Positions 8,566 to 18,138 of a DNA stretch of 50,289 bases are shown piece after piece (within the stretch, counting starts at the first letter, position 1; every line of letters starts with the position of its first letter). The DNA lies in contig DEIQ01000069.1 of assembly GCA_002352565.1 (NCBI GenBank), positions 3,241 through 53,529 on the forward strand. The letters run 5' to 3'. The notes under the pieces were generated by a model, which saw only the letters and a program-made list of their open reading frames with translations, searched no databases and was not told the DNA's origin. A program made the position numbers and the translations under genes. Source of the DNA: Proteobacteria bacterium UBA2770 (GTDB lineage Bacteria > Pseudomonadota > Gammaproteobacteria > UBA2770).

Positions 8566-10817
8566 GATTTGGGACTGCGGCGCCGACGTCTTCTGGATGC
8601 CTTGCGCTTGACGGGTTTTTCCTCCACTTCAGTTGATGGAAACAAACCTTCGAGATCAATCTGGTAGGCTTCAAGATCCACATGGCGCAGCCGAACCCTG
8701 ATCGAATCGCCAAGGCAGAATTTCAGACCATGGGATGAACCTTCCAGCAACTGCCGTGAACGGTCATACTGATAGTAATCATTGGGCAGACTGGTCACAT
8801 GCACCCGCCCCTCTACGTAAAGATTCTGCAACTCCACAAAAAGCCCGAAAGCGGCGACCCCGCTGATAATGCCATCGAATTCCTGACCAACCCGATCTTC
8901 CATATAGAGACATTTCAGGCGTTTCATGACATCGCGGGTCGCATCGTCGGCGCGCCGATCCGTCATTGAGCAATGGCTGCCGAGATGTTGGATCTGGTGG
9001 TGATCATAGATCCATTCATCCTTCGCGGTTCCATCGATAATATGCCCGATCGCCCGGTGCACGATCAAATCAGGATAGCGCCGGATGGGAGAGGTGAAAT
9101 GCGTATACAGTGGCAATGCCAGCCCGAAATGTCCATGATGCTGCGGAGAGTAGATCGCCTGGGTCATCGTGCGCAGGATCGCCATCTGAATCATGTGAAT
9201 CCGCGGATCATCACTATGCTCTGTAACGATTTTGGCAAAATCGTCGGCGCTGATATCATCCCCAAAGCTTGTTTCAATACCAATGGAGGCGAGAAAAGCG
9301 CCCAGTTCCTCCAGCGCATCCGCCGGTGGCGACTCGTGAACGCGGAACAGACACGCCAGCCGCGCAGAACGGATGAAGCAGCCAGCTGCAACATTGGCGG
9401 CGATCATGCATTCTTCAATCAGCCGATGGACATCATGGCGTATGACGCTTTCAAATCCGTCGATGCGTCCCTGTTCATTGAGCACAGGCTTCTGCTCTGG
9501 CAAATCAAAATCCAAAGCGCCGCGTCGTTCGCGCGATCGCCTCAATAGCCGGTAAACCTTCATCAGATCCTGCAGAGATTCCATCAATGCGCTTCGATCT
9601 CCCAAGGGATGAGCCGAAGAAGAAGTAATCGCCTCGTTCACCTGATCGTAAGTCAGGCGAGCCGCGGAGCGCATTACGCCGCGATAGAATTTTCTCCCGC
9701 GTATTGCGCCCCTGGCGCCAATTTCCAATTCACAGACCATGCACAGACGATCCACGTCAGGACGCAATGAGCATAACTCATTGGACAATATAACGGGTAA
9801 CATGGGCAGAACCAGCGACGGGAAATACACCGAGTTGCCCCGTTGTCTGGCATGTTCGTCCAGAGGGCTGTCTGGCTTGACATAATGAGAAACATCGGCA
9901 ATGGCAACCCACAGACGCCATCCCTTACCTTCCCTGCGAACATAAACGGCGTCATCAAAATCCTGGGCATCCGGCCCATCAATGGTTACCAACGGCAAAT
10001 GACGCAAATCGACCCGGCCATGACACTCATCCTTATCCACGCTGGGGCGCAAATCGCGCACAGCTTCCTGAACCGCATCCGGCCAGATGTGTGGCAGTTC
10101 GTAAGCGCGCATCACAACTTCGATTTCCATGCCGGGGTCTTTCGGGTCGCCCAGCACCTCGATCACCTGTCCCTGCGGTTGACTGATCGTCGTCGGCGGA
10201 TGGGTAATAGTTACCGTGACGATATCACCATGCCGGGCATCGGCATCCTCGCCTGGAGGTATCATAATATTATGATGGAAACGCATGTTATCCGGAACCA
10301 CCGTAACGATACCATGTTCCCGATACAGGCGACCAACCAGTTGCTGGGTTCCACGTTCAAGCACGTCAACAACCGCGCCCTGAGCGCGTCCCCGGCGATC
10401 AGTGCCAGCCTGCCGAATTAACACCCGGTCGCCATGCATCAGCATACGCATTTGCGCAGGCGGCAGATAAATATCTTCGCCCCCCTCTTCCGGCACAACG
10501 AAGCCAAAGCCATCGCGATGACCGATCACGTAACCGCTGATCAGATGGCTTTTCTCCGATGGCAAATAACGACGATTGCGATTGGCCACGACTTCGCCAT
10601 CTCGAACCATGGCATGAAGACGCCTGGCGATCGCAATCTTCTGCTCCTCACGTTCCAGCCCGAATATGGTTTCAATCTGGGACTGACTCAAGGGCCCTTC
10701 TGCGTGCGCGAGTTGCTGCAAAATAAATTCCCGGCTTGGAATGGGATTGGGATAGCGCTTTTGTTCGCGTTTGGCCTGGGGATCACTCTTTTCCCAGTTT
10801 GTTATGGATTTGACCAT
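8562..10817 (-). CDS. rnr: ribonuclease R
   Basis: 751 aa. Has the RNB catalytic domain (TIDGPDAQDFDDAV, HFGL....YTHFTSPIRRYPDL), a C-terminal S1 domain, and a basic tail. Confidence 0.95.
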   Translation of the reverse strand: MVKSITNWEKSDPQAKREQKRYPNPIPSREFILQQLAHAEGPLSQSQIETIFGLEREEQKIAIARRLHAMVRDGEVVANRNRRYLPSEKSHLISGYVIGHRDGFGFVVPEEGGEDIYLPPAQMRMLMHGDRVLIRQAGTDRRGRAQGAVVDVLERGTQQLVGRLYREHGIVTVVPDNMRFHHNIMIPPGEDADARHGDIVTVTITHPPTTISQPQGQVIEVLGDPKDPGMEIEVVMRAYELPHIWPDAVQEAVRDLRPSVDKDECHGRVDLRHLPLVTIDGPDAQDFDDAVYVRREGKGWRLWVAIADVSHYVKPDSPLDEHARQRGNSVYFPSLVLPMLPVILSNELCSLRPDVDRLCMVCELEIGARGAIRGRKFYRGVMRSAARLTYDQVNEAITSSSAHPLGDRSALMESLQDLMKVYRLLRRSRERRGALDFDLPEQKPVLNEQGRIDGFESVIRHDVHRLIEECMIAANVAAGCFIRSARLACLFRVHESPPADALEELGAFLASIGIETSFGDDISADDFAKIVTEHSDDPRIHMIQMAILRTMTQAIYSPQHHGHFGLALPLYTHFTSPIRRYPDLIVHRAIGHIIDGTAKDEWIYDHHQIQHLGSHCSMTDRRADDATRDVMKRLKCLYMEDRVGQEFDGIISGVAAFGLFVELQNLYVEGRVHVTSLPNDYYQYDRSRQLLEGSSHGLKFCLGDSIRVRLRHVDLEAYQIDLEGLFPSTEVEEKPVKRKASRRRRRRSPKS

Positions 10818-10859
10818 GAGTTCCTTAAGTTATTGTTTCTCATGCATAGACACGATTAT

Positions 10860-10888
10860 TTGACAAACTTTTCCAAGTTAGATAGTAT
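10860..10888 (+). promoter_or_regulatory. sigma70-type promoter for tRNA-Leu
   Basis: TTGACA (10860-10865), a 17-nt spacer, then TAGTAT (10883-10888). The -10 box ends 17 nt before the tRNA 5' end. Confidence 0.5.
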
Positions 10889-10905
10889 CAGAAATTCGAT
10901 CCGTT

Positions 10906-10992
10906 GCCGAGATGGCGGAATTGGTAGACGCGCTAGCTTCAGGTGCTAGTGGGGGAAACCCCGTGGAGGTTCGAGTCCTCTTCTCGGCACCA
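10906..10992 (+). tRNA. tRNA-Leu (anticodon CAG)
   Basis: Acceptor stem GCCGAGA/TCTCGGC, anticodon stem CTAGC/GCTAG with loop TTCAGGT, a long variable arm (class II), T-loop TTCGAGT, and an encoded CCA. Confidence 0.9.
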
Positions 10993-11210
10993 GAAGCATC
11001 ATTGCTGATAGTTCTTAACCATCCCCCAAATAGCATTGGATCGCATATAAAATGCTCGATTCAACCTTGTTTCAGCATCACCAGTCCGAAGCTTGACATC
11101 AGCAACGCTGAGTCCATTCAACGCAGGGCGGGAAATTGATTGGCCTGGTTATGCTTGTCAACTGATTAAGAGTACGGTCCCTCCAGCTTGCTCGATCACA
11201 TTATACCACG

Positions 11211-13025
11211 CTACCACGGACTGGCGCTGTCCTCCATGGCAGCGTCCGACTTCATCGCCTGGTGACGAAATTTCAGGCGCAGCAGTTCATTAGGCTGATC
11301 CTTGATCATATTTAGCCATTGCGCCCGACCAATGGAGCTATTCCCTGCCCGCTCCGAACCTTGAGCAAAAATCGCCATTGATGACCGGATTTCCTCGTTA
11401 TTAGCCTGTTGTTCCAAAGATGATGCGCCATCATCTTCCCTGCTCGTGGATTCCCCGGATTGTTTTTGTTGCGCCAGCATGCCATTGTTTTGTGCTTCCA
11501 GACCGTCCTGGCTCTGCGACGGCTCCCCATTCGTTTCATCCCCGGCACCTTGAACCCGTTGGGCCGAATTGCCAAACGGGCTCCCGGAACCGGATTGCGA
11601 ATCAGGCGCTTGATTTTTATCTTTGAGCATCCGGACTTCCCGTAAATAATTCTGCAGCAGCGAACGATTGTAGCGGGCATCTTCAAATGTCACATCGTGA
11701 TCAAGACATGAGGTGTAAGCCGAGATAGCCGCCTCCATCTGCCCCTGTTGAGCCAGAGCATTGCCGCAATGATAAAAGTCCCGGGCGCCTGGCATGGCGC
11801 AGTAGATTTTCGCCGCCTGATCAAAATGCCCGGCGCGATACAGACTCGCGGCCTTCCATTGAAGATCATCAAACAGGGTGGCGGCTTCCTGGCTCCGATG
11901 TTCGGTATAAAGTTGGTAAGCGACATAATCCGGTTTGACCCACAGATCCTTCCAGCCAAAAGCCTGCGCATTTGGCACAGCCAAACCGTTCATCTGCAAA
12001 AATACAACGGCAATCATAGCACCAAGCCAACCACGACGAAATCCCAGAGCTGCCAGCGGCAGCAAGCCATAGACCAGCCACAGACCAAATTCCCGCCATT
12101 GATCGGTTTTCACTTCCCCCGAATCCTTCTTCCCGGTCGCAGATGCCCTGCCAGAGGCCACCAGAGACTGAAGATCGTGAAAATGCTCCTCATCAAGATG
12201 AATCATGGCGCCACCCCCTGCCGAAACCACCCGTCGCAAGAAACCAACATCGACCTCGGCGCTCACCAGTCTGCCGTCGGTATGACGGATAAAATCCGCG
12301 CCACCATTGATGGGAACCGGACCGCCGCGCACCGTGCCAACTGCGACGATAGAAAGCGGATACTGCATGGTTCTGCCTTTCTTCGCGGCGGTGATCAGCG
12401 CCTTTTGATCATGACTTCCATCAGTGATCAAGACTATCCGCCCTATCGTATGACCGCTTCCCTGAAGTAAAGACCAGGCCCGCTCCAGACCTTTTTCCGG
12501 GCGGCTGCCCTGAGCGGGCACCATCTCGGTATCCAGATGTTTTATGATATCGATCATCGTACTGAAATCGGTGGAAACCGGGGCTCCCATATAAGCATCT
12601 TCGGCAAACAGCACCAGCCCTATATTCCTTTCACCGGACTGACTTAAATAATCCAGCAATTGTTTTTTCACCCGTTCCAGTCTGGAGGGCAACACATCCG
12701 TCACATCCATGGAGCGGGACAGGTCCACCACCAGCATCAGGGCGGAATCACTGCGCATGGCGGGCACTGGCAATTTCTGCCACACCGGACCTGCCAGTGC
12801 TATCACCCCCAATATCCAGCCCAGCGCCAGCAACAGCAAACCGCCATGGCTTTGCCTGCCTCTTTGGCCGGTGAGCAGCCAAGGCAGCAGATGCCGATCC
12901 ACATGGCGGCGCCAAAAATTGCTCTGCCGATGCTGAAAGACCAGCATCGAAACAATCAGAAAAACCGGTATCAGCGCCAAAAACCAGTATGGTCTCAGAA
13001 AATGAAATTCGGCAGGAAAAGTCAT
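11211..13025 (-). CDS. VWA domain plus TPR protein (BatB/BatC-like fusion) with a Q/S/E-rich tail
   Basis: 604 aa. N-terminal TM helices, a VWA MIDAS motif (VVDLSRSM), TPR-like repeats (YRAGHFDQAAKIY, GNALAQQGQMEAAISAY), and low-complexity acidic/Gln-rich C-terminal third. The start overlaps the upstream stop (ATGA). Confidence 0.8.
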   Translation of the reverse strand: MTFPAEFHFLRPYWFLALIPVFLIVSMLVFQHRQSNFWRRHVDRHLLPWLLTGQRGRQSHGGLLLLALGWILGVIALAGPVWQKLPVPAMRSDSALMLVVDLSRSMDVTDVLPSRLERVKKQLLDYLSQSGERNIGLVLFAEDAYMGAPVSTDFSTMIDIIKHLDTEMVPAQGSRPEKGLERAWSLLQGSGHTIGRIVLITDGSHDQKALITAAKKGRTMQYPLSIVAVGTVRGGPVPINGGADFIRHTDGRLVSAEVDVGFLRRVVSAGGGAMIHLDEEHFHDLQSLVASGRASATGKKDSGEVKTDQWREFGLWLVYGLLPLAALGFRRGWLGAMIAVVFLQMNGLAVPNAQAFGWKDLWVKPDYVAYQLYTEHRSQEAATLFDDLQWKAASLYRAGHFDQAAKIYCAMPGARDFYHCGNALAQQGQMEAAISAYTSCLDHDVTFEDARYNRSLLQNYLREVRMLKDKNQAPDSQSGSGSPFGNSAQRVQGAGDETNGEPSQSQDGLEAQNNGMLAQQKQSGESTSREDDGASSLEQQANNEEIRSSMAIFAQGSERAGNSSIGRAQWLNMIKDQPNELLRLKFRHQAMKSDAAMEDSASPW

Positions 13026-14062
13026 CGGGTTTGCGCTTTTTCAGCCCTGATACCTGCAGGATCGGCGGAAAAAAAGGTCCAGATCATCATCACTGTACCC
13101 ATCAACAGTGATAATAAAAGCGCTGCCCCGAGAGGCCAGATATACCACTCTTTAACCTGGCGATAAATTTCCCTGCCACTGACGCGAGGTTCAAGTTCAT
13201 CAATCAGCGCGTAGATCCGGGTCAACTGCGCATAGTCTGTGGCCCGAAAAAATCGTCCATCACTCAATTGCGCGATGGCTCTCAACGTAGTCTCGTTCAT
13301 CATGCCGCTATGATCGATATCCGATTCGCCAAAACCGCCGCGGCGTGATCCAGCTCCGATACCGATGGTATAAACCTGAAGTCCTTCCAGAGCAGCGAAA
13401 TGAGCAGAGCGCTGCGCCGGAAGAATACCAGAGGTATCATTGCCATCGCTGAGTAAAATCAGCACCTTTTGCAATGCCATCTGATCATGCAGCCTTTTGA
13501 CGCCAAGACCGATGGCATCACCGATCGCGGTCATGGTTCCGATCATGTGCAATTCGGCTTCATCCAGCAATCGGGCGACCGTGTTGAGATCATAGGTCAG
13601 AGGAGAAGCTACATACGCCTTGTCGGCGAAAAAAATCAGCCCGATGCGATCACCTTCACGGCGCTCGATAAAATCGGATACGACCAGTTTAACCGCAGCA
13701 AGCCGGTCGACGGCTTCATCATCGATCAGAAAATCGCGCATTTCCATACTCGCCGAGAGATCAACCGCCAGCATGATGTCACGACCGCTGCGAGGATGCT
13801 CCACAGATTCGCTCATCGACAGAGGCCGGGCGGCCGCCACAATCAACAGACTCCAGATCGCCAGAGCCATCATCAACGAAAAGCGGCTCTCTGGAATTGC
13901 TTCAGGTCGACCCGCCGCCACCGTGTGATAGAAAGGCACCATCAAAGCAGCGCTCCGATGATGGCGCGCCGGGGGCAAAAACAGCCGGATCAGCAATGGC
14001 AACGGCAGAAGAAGCAAGACCAGCGGCGCGCCCCAGACCACGGAACGGATAGCATGAAACAT
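13022..14062 (-). CDS. VWA domain protein (BatA-like)
   Basis: N-terminal TM helices, a VWA MIDAS motif (AVDLSASM), and a C-terminal TM helix. The ATG at 14062 (MFHAIRS..) overlaps the upstream stop as ATGA, and I prefer it to the GTG at 14110. Confidence 0.8.
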   Translation of the reverse strand: MFHAIRSVVWGAPLVLLLLPLPLLIRLFLPPARHHRSAALMVPFYHTVAAGRPEAIPESRFSLMMALAIWSLLIVAAARPLSMSESVEHPRSGRDIMLAVDLSASMEMRDFLIDDEAVDRLAAVKLVVSDFIERREGDRIGLIFFADKAYVASPLTYDLNTVARLLDEAELHMIGTMTAIGDAIGLGVKRLHDQMALQKVLILLSDGNDTSGILPAQRSAHFAALEGLQVYTIGIGAGSRRGGFGESDIDHSGMMNETTLRAIAQLSDGRFFRATDYAQLTRIYALIDELEPRVSGREIYRQVKEWYIWPLGAALLLSLLMGTVMMIWTFFSADPAGIRAEKAQTR

Positions 14063-14553
14063 CACGCCAGCCTGCGCCTGTGCCGATAAGGATGATTCTC
14101 GATCCAGCACCGGACCAGCTCAAACAACTCGTCCATATTCCCGTCTTCCACTTTGCGATAAGGCCAGACCAGCAGATTGCGACCGGCACCATGACAAAAA
14201 CGCTCCGTCCCGCCGGCTTTATCCAGGAAAACAAGCCAGGACTCACCATACAGTGGAGCGACAGCATCGGCAGGAAACTGCGCAAGGGCAAAACGCTTCA
14301 GCAGACAGGACAAAGCCGATGCCATCCCATGGACATCCTTCTCCCTGATATACGCCAACTCGAGCGCAGATAACTCTCTCAAGGCTGAACGCTGTATCCG
14401 GCGCAGATGACGGCGCATAAAAAAAACGCTGCCCACCAACCCGCCTGCCACCAGCCCTGCTAACAGCCACCAACCCACAGGCGGAGGGAAAAAACCCACC
14501 GGCTCGGGCAAATGAATATCCCTGAGTTGCCGGATCACATCAGCGTAGGGCAT
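14062..14553 (-). CDS. DUF4381-like small membrane protein of Bat/MoxR operons
   Basis: LRDIHLPEPVGFFPPPVGWW followed by a TM helix is the usual signature of the protein between DUF58 and BatA. The start is set at ATG 14553 (MPYADV..). Confidence 0.6.
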   Translation of the reverse strand: MPYADVIRQLRDIHLPEPVGFFPPPVGWWLLAGLVAGGLVGSVFFMRRHLRRIQRSALRELSALELAYIREKDVHGMASALSCLLKRFALAQFPADAVAPLYGESWLVFLDKAGGTERFCHGAGRNLLVWPYRKVEDGNMDELFELVRCWIENHPYRHRRRLA

Positions 14554-15553
14554 GCCTGATCTCTCGGGTGTCCTGCTGCGCCCATTGTTGCAGCGCGCCT
14601 TGCAGTGCCTGAAGTGCATCCTGCTGCGTTGAGATGCAAGCCATTCTCAATCGATGCTGCCGACTGAATTCCTCAATCGCCTGCCGGCGCTGCTGGAAGG
14701 CTTTACAATGCCGGTTTCGCGTCAAAGTATCCGCATCGTTGAGTTGCAACATAGCCCTGCCGTCACTGATGCGATATCTGCCTTGAGGCAGGCTGTGATT
14801 TTCAAGCGGATCAAAAACGAGAAGCAGCGCAACGTTTCGATGCCTCTGGAGTTCATAAAGTATTTTTTCCATGTGCTGATCGTAGTGATAAAAATCGCTC
14901 ACCAGGAAAATCAGGCTGCCTTTCCGTACCCATTGAAGCACCTGTTGCAAACCTGCCGGGAAACATCTGTCCTGACAGGTTGAATCGATCAAATCGGTTT
15001 CCGGATCGACCACCATGTTTTTGAGCAACGGCACTACGCCCCGCTGTCCGGATAAAGGCCGGGTTTCGTGATTTTTCAGCGGCTTGATCACCATGCCAGC
15101 CACCTTTTCACCCGATTCCATCGCCGCCCACGCCAACAGTGCACCCAATCGACTTGCCTGTACCGACTTGAAACATTGGCGGGTGCCAAAGTGCATACTC
15201 GGCCCGTGATCTACGATCAGATAGACCGCCCGTTCCTTTTCTTCCTGAAAAATCTTGATATGGGGAATGGAGGTACGCGCCATAACGCGCCAGTCCATTG
15301 ATCGAATATCATCCCCCGCCTGATAAGTGCGGGTTTCGGTGTATTCCAGCCCATGGCCACGAAACAGGGATTTCAGTTCGCCGCCGACCGGGGCGCTTTG
15401 CCCTGGAGGAGGCGTTTCCCATAATGCAGCGGCGCAAGAATGCAGCCGAACCAGCTCGGAGAAGCTACAGCCCGCACCAGTTCCACGCTGAGTCATGCTG
15501 GTCTCAACCGTCGGAGCCAACCGCTGCATCCATCCGCGCAACAGGCTGTTCAT
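14540..15553 (-). CDS. DUF58 domain protein (MoxR-associated, VWA-like)
   Basis: GGELKSLFRGHGLEYTETRTYQAGDDIRSMDWRV is the DUF58 hallmark. ATG 15553 is preferred over TTG 15562. Confidence 0.8.
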   Translation of the reverse strand: MNSLLRGWMQRLAPTVETSMTQRGTGAGCSFSELVRLHSCAAALWETPPPGQSAPVGGELKSLFRGHGLEYTETRTYQAGDDIRSMDWRVMARTSIPHIKIFQEEKERAVYLIVDHGPSMHFGTRQCFKSVQASRLGALLAWAAMESGEKVAGMVIKPLKNHETRPLSGQRGVVPLLKNMVVDPETDLIDSTCQDRCFPAGLQQVLQWVRKGSLIFLVSDFYHYDQHMEKILYELQRHRNVALLLVFDPLENHSLPQGRYRISDGRAMLQLNDADTLTRNRHCKAFQQRRQAIEEFSRQHRLRMACISTQQDALQALQGALQQWAQQDTREIRHALR

Positions 15554-15592
15554 CCGTGGCAAGATCCGGAATGCTCATCGTGGGAAAAAAAT

Positions 15593-16597
15593 TCAGGGAA
15601 CCGGAACCAGTTGAAGCAGCCGCTCAATATAATCTTCCACGCTGACGCCATCGGCGAGCGCTTCATAGCTCAGAATCAGCCGATGACGCAACACATCAGC
15701 GGCCACCGCGTGAATATCAGCCGGAGCGACATAATCCTGTCCGGCCAGCCAGGCATGTGCGCGGGCGCAATGCTCAAGCGCAATGGTGCCACGCGGACTG
15801 GCACCATATTGAATGTAGAGTTTAAGCTTTTCATCATAATGGGACGGATCCCGACTGCTGACCACCAATTCGACCATGTAACTTTCCAGCGCAGTGGACA
15901 AATGGATATCCAACACCTCGCGGCGAGCCTCAAACAATCTCTTCTGACTGATAATGTCAGCATTGTCATGCGCTTTGCGATCCGCCCTGCGCTGAGCGCG
16001 CACCAGACGCAGAATCTCCTGTTCCTTTTCTCTGTCGGGGTAAGTAATTTTAACCTCCATCAGGAACCGGTCCAGTTGCGCTTCCGGAAGCGCATAGGTA
16101 CCCTCGTGATCAATGGGGTTCTGGGTGGCCATCACCAGAAAAAGCTCAGGCATATCATAGGTATGCTGTCCGACAGTAATCTGCTTCTCCGCCATGACTT
16201 CGAGCAGGGCAGACTGAACCTTGGCCGGCGCCCGATTGATCTCATCCGCCAGCAGAAAATGATGGAACAACGGCCCGGGCTGAAACTTGAAATCCCCCTG
16301 GGTAGGGCGATAGATATCAGTGCCGGTCAGATCTGAGGGCAACAGATCCGGCGTAAACTGGATTCTGTGAAACGTGCCTTCGATTCTACGCGCCAGAGCT
16401 TTGATTGCCGTGGTCTTGGCCAAGCCCGGCGCCCCGACCACCAGCAGATGCCCTTCCGCCAGCAGCGCGATCAACATTCGGTTCAGCAGTGTTTCCTGGC
16501 CCAGGACTTCAGCGCTCAAATCTTCAAGAAGATCCTTAAACTCAGACTGAACTGAACGCGTTTGTTGATTGGATCCCGCCGTACTTAATTTTTCCAT
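15593..16597 (-). CDS. MoxR-family AAA+ ATPase
   Basis: 334 aa. Walker A GAPGLAKT, Walker B LLADEINRA, MATQNP..EGTY.LPEAQLDRF. Confidence 0.9.
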   Translation of the reverse strand: MEKLSTAGSNQQTRSVQSEFKDLLEDLSAEVLGQETLLNRMLIALLAEGHLLVVGAPGLAKTTAIKALARRIEGTFHRIQFTPDLLPSDLTGTDIYRPTQGDFKFQPGPLFHHFLLADEINRAPAKVQSALLEVMAEKQITVGQHTYDMPELFLVMATQNPIDHEGTYALPEAQLDRFLMEVKITYPDREKEQEILRLVRAQRRADRKAHDNADIISQKRLFEARREVLDIHLSTALESYMVELVVSSRDPSHYDEKLKLYIQYGASPRGTIALEHCARAHAWLAGQDYVAPADIHAVAADVLRHRLILSYEALADGVSVEDYIERLLQLVPVP

Positions 16598-16842
16598 ACT
16601 CTATTTTATCATGGTTTACTTAACTTGCCTTTTTATCATTAGCAAGCAATGAGCTGTTCTCGCCACGCCAATCACGGAAAAACGCTTTTATTTGACTCAA
16701 AACGAGCTCATGGATATGGCATCAAGTTCTGTTCCATGTTAACTTGGAAACAGATTTTTATGATGGAATTCATGGATGCCGTCTCTCCGGTGAAATCAGC
16801 TTGATTAATGATGGCATGCCGACGATTTCCAAGGAGACATGG

Positions 16843-18138
16843 ATGCCGCCTGTAACTTCTGACAATCCAATACAAAAAAATGAGCGTGGCAACTGGATTG
16901 AGCGCTATGATCGCATCCGTCAACGCACACTGGCGATTGCAAAACCCTTAACATCTGAAGACGCCATGGTTCAGTCCATGAGCGATGTCAGCCCGCCCAA
17001 ATGGCATCTTGCTCATACCACCTGGTTCTTCGAAACATTTATTCTGGCTGGGCGCAAGGGTTTTACCCTGCACAATCCGCAATGGCAAATGCTATTCAAT
17101 TCCTATTATGAACAGGCCGGACCCTATTTCCCCCGTCCACGCAGAGGTTTGCTTTCCCGCCCGTCTCTGCAACAGGTCCTGGATTACCGGACTCGAACCG
17201 ATCACAGAATTATCGAATGGCTGCGCCAGGATTGTCCGCCCCCGGATGATCCGCTGTTAGATATTCTCGAACTCGGACTGAACCATGAAGAGCAACATCA
17301 GGAACTGATGCTCACCGACATTCTGCATATCTTTTCCTGCAATCCGCTCGATCCTGTTTATCAACCCACAAGCACCCCACACCACCAGGCACCCGCGCTG
17401 ACCTGGAAGCTATTTGAATCGCAAATCGCGAAAATCGGTCATAACGGCCATGGTTTCTCCTTTGATCAGGAAAGCCCGGCACACAGTTTTTATATTCAAT
17501 CTTTTCAATTGGCCAATCGCCCGGCAACCTGTGGTGAATATCTTGAATTCATTGAGGATGGTGGTTATAACAATCCCACCTTATGGCTGTCTGAAGGCTG
17601 GCATCAGCAGCAATCGGCAAATTGGCAAGGTCCGATGTATTGGCGTCAAACAGAGCATGAAGGATGGCAGCAGATGACCCTTTCCGGATTACTGCCTCTG
17701 GATACGCAAGCCCCGGTAGCGTATGTAAGCTTCTATGAAGCCGATGCGTTTGCCCGCTGGCGCGGATGCCGACTGCCTGGCGAACAGGAATGGGAACTTG
17801 CCGCGATGACCACTGGCACGGGCGATCACAACATGTTTGAGCAGGGCCGCCTTCGACCCAGCGCCGCTTGCCCGACGGCGAATCATCATGCCCCGCTGCT
17901 GCAATTATACGGTGATGTCTGGGAATGGACCGGTAGCGCTTACCGGCCTTATCCTGGATATTGGCCTCCCGCAGGCGCCATCGGTGAATACAACGGCAAA
18001 TTTATGTGCAATCAAATGGTATTGCGTGGCGGATCGTGCCTGACGCCTGAAGAACATATCAGACCCACCTATAGAAATTTTTTCCCGCCTCATGCGCGCT
18101 GGCAATGCATGGGGCTACGCCTTGCGAGGGATTCATGA
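16843..18138 (+). CDS. egtB: ergothioneine biosynthesis sulfoxide synthase EgtB (DinB_2 plus FGE-sulfatase domains)
   Basis: SPPKWHLAHTTWFFETF (DinB-type iron site) and a C-terminal FGE-like domain (GDVWEWT, RGGS). The start is set at ATG 16843, which has an AAGGAGA SD 5 nt upstream. The ORF track extends to 16744. Confidence 0.85.
   Translation: MPPVTSDNPIQKNERGNWIERYDRIRQRTLAIAKPLTSEDAMVQSMSDVSPPKWHLAHTTWFFETFILAGRKGFTLHNPQWQMLFNSYYEQAGPYFPRPRRGLLSRPSLQQVLDYRTRTDHRIIEWLRQDCPPPDDPLLDILELGLNHEEQHQELMLTDILHIFSCNPLDPVYQPTSTPHHQAPALTWKLFESQIAKIGHNGHGFSFDQESPAHSFYIQSFQLANRPATCGEYLEFIEDGGYNNPTLWLSEGWHQQQSANWQGPMYWRQTEHEGWQQMTLSGLLPLDTQAPVAYVSFYEADAFARWRGCRLPGEQEWELAAMTTGTGDHNMFEQGRLRPSAACPTANHHAPLLQLYGDVWEWTGSAYRPYPGYWPPAGAIGEYNGKFMCNQMVLRGGSCLTPEEHIRPTYRNFFPPHARWQCMGLRLARDS

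Noticed and set aside
15440-16336. 298-aa plus-strand ORF
   Set aside because: It is fully antisense to the well-supported moxR gene, with low-complexity composition typical of shadow frames. The same reasoning applies to 11748-12470, 13469-14089, 4814-5434, 7909-8445, 8973-9548 and 9843-10421.
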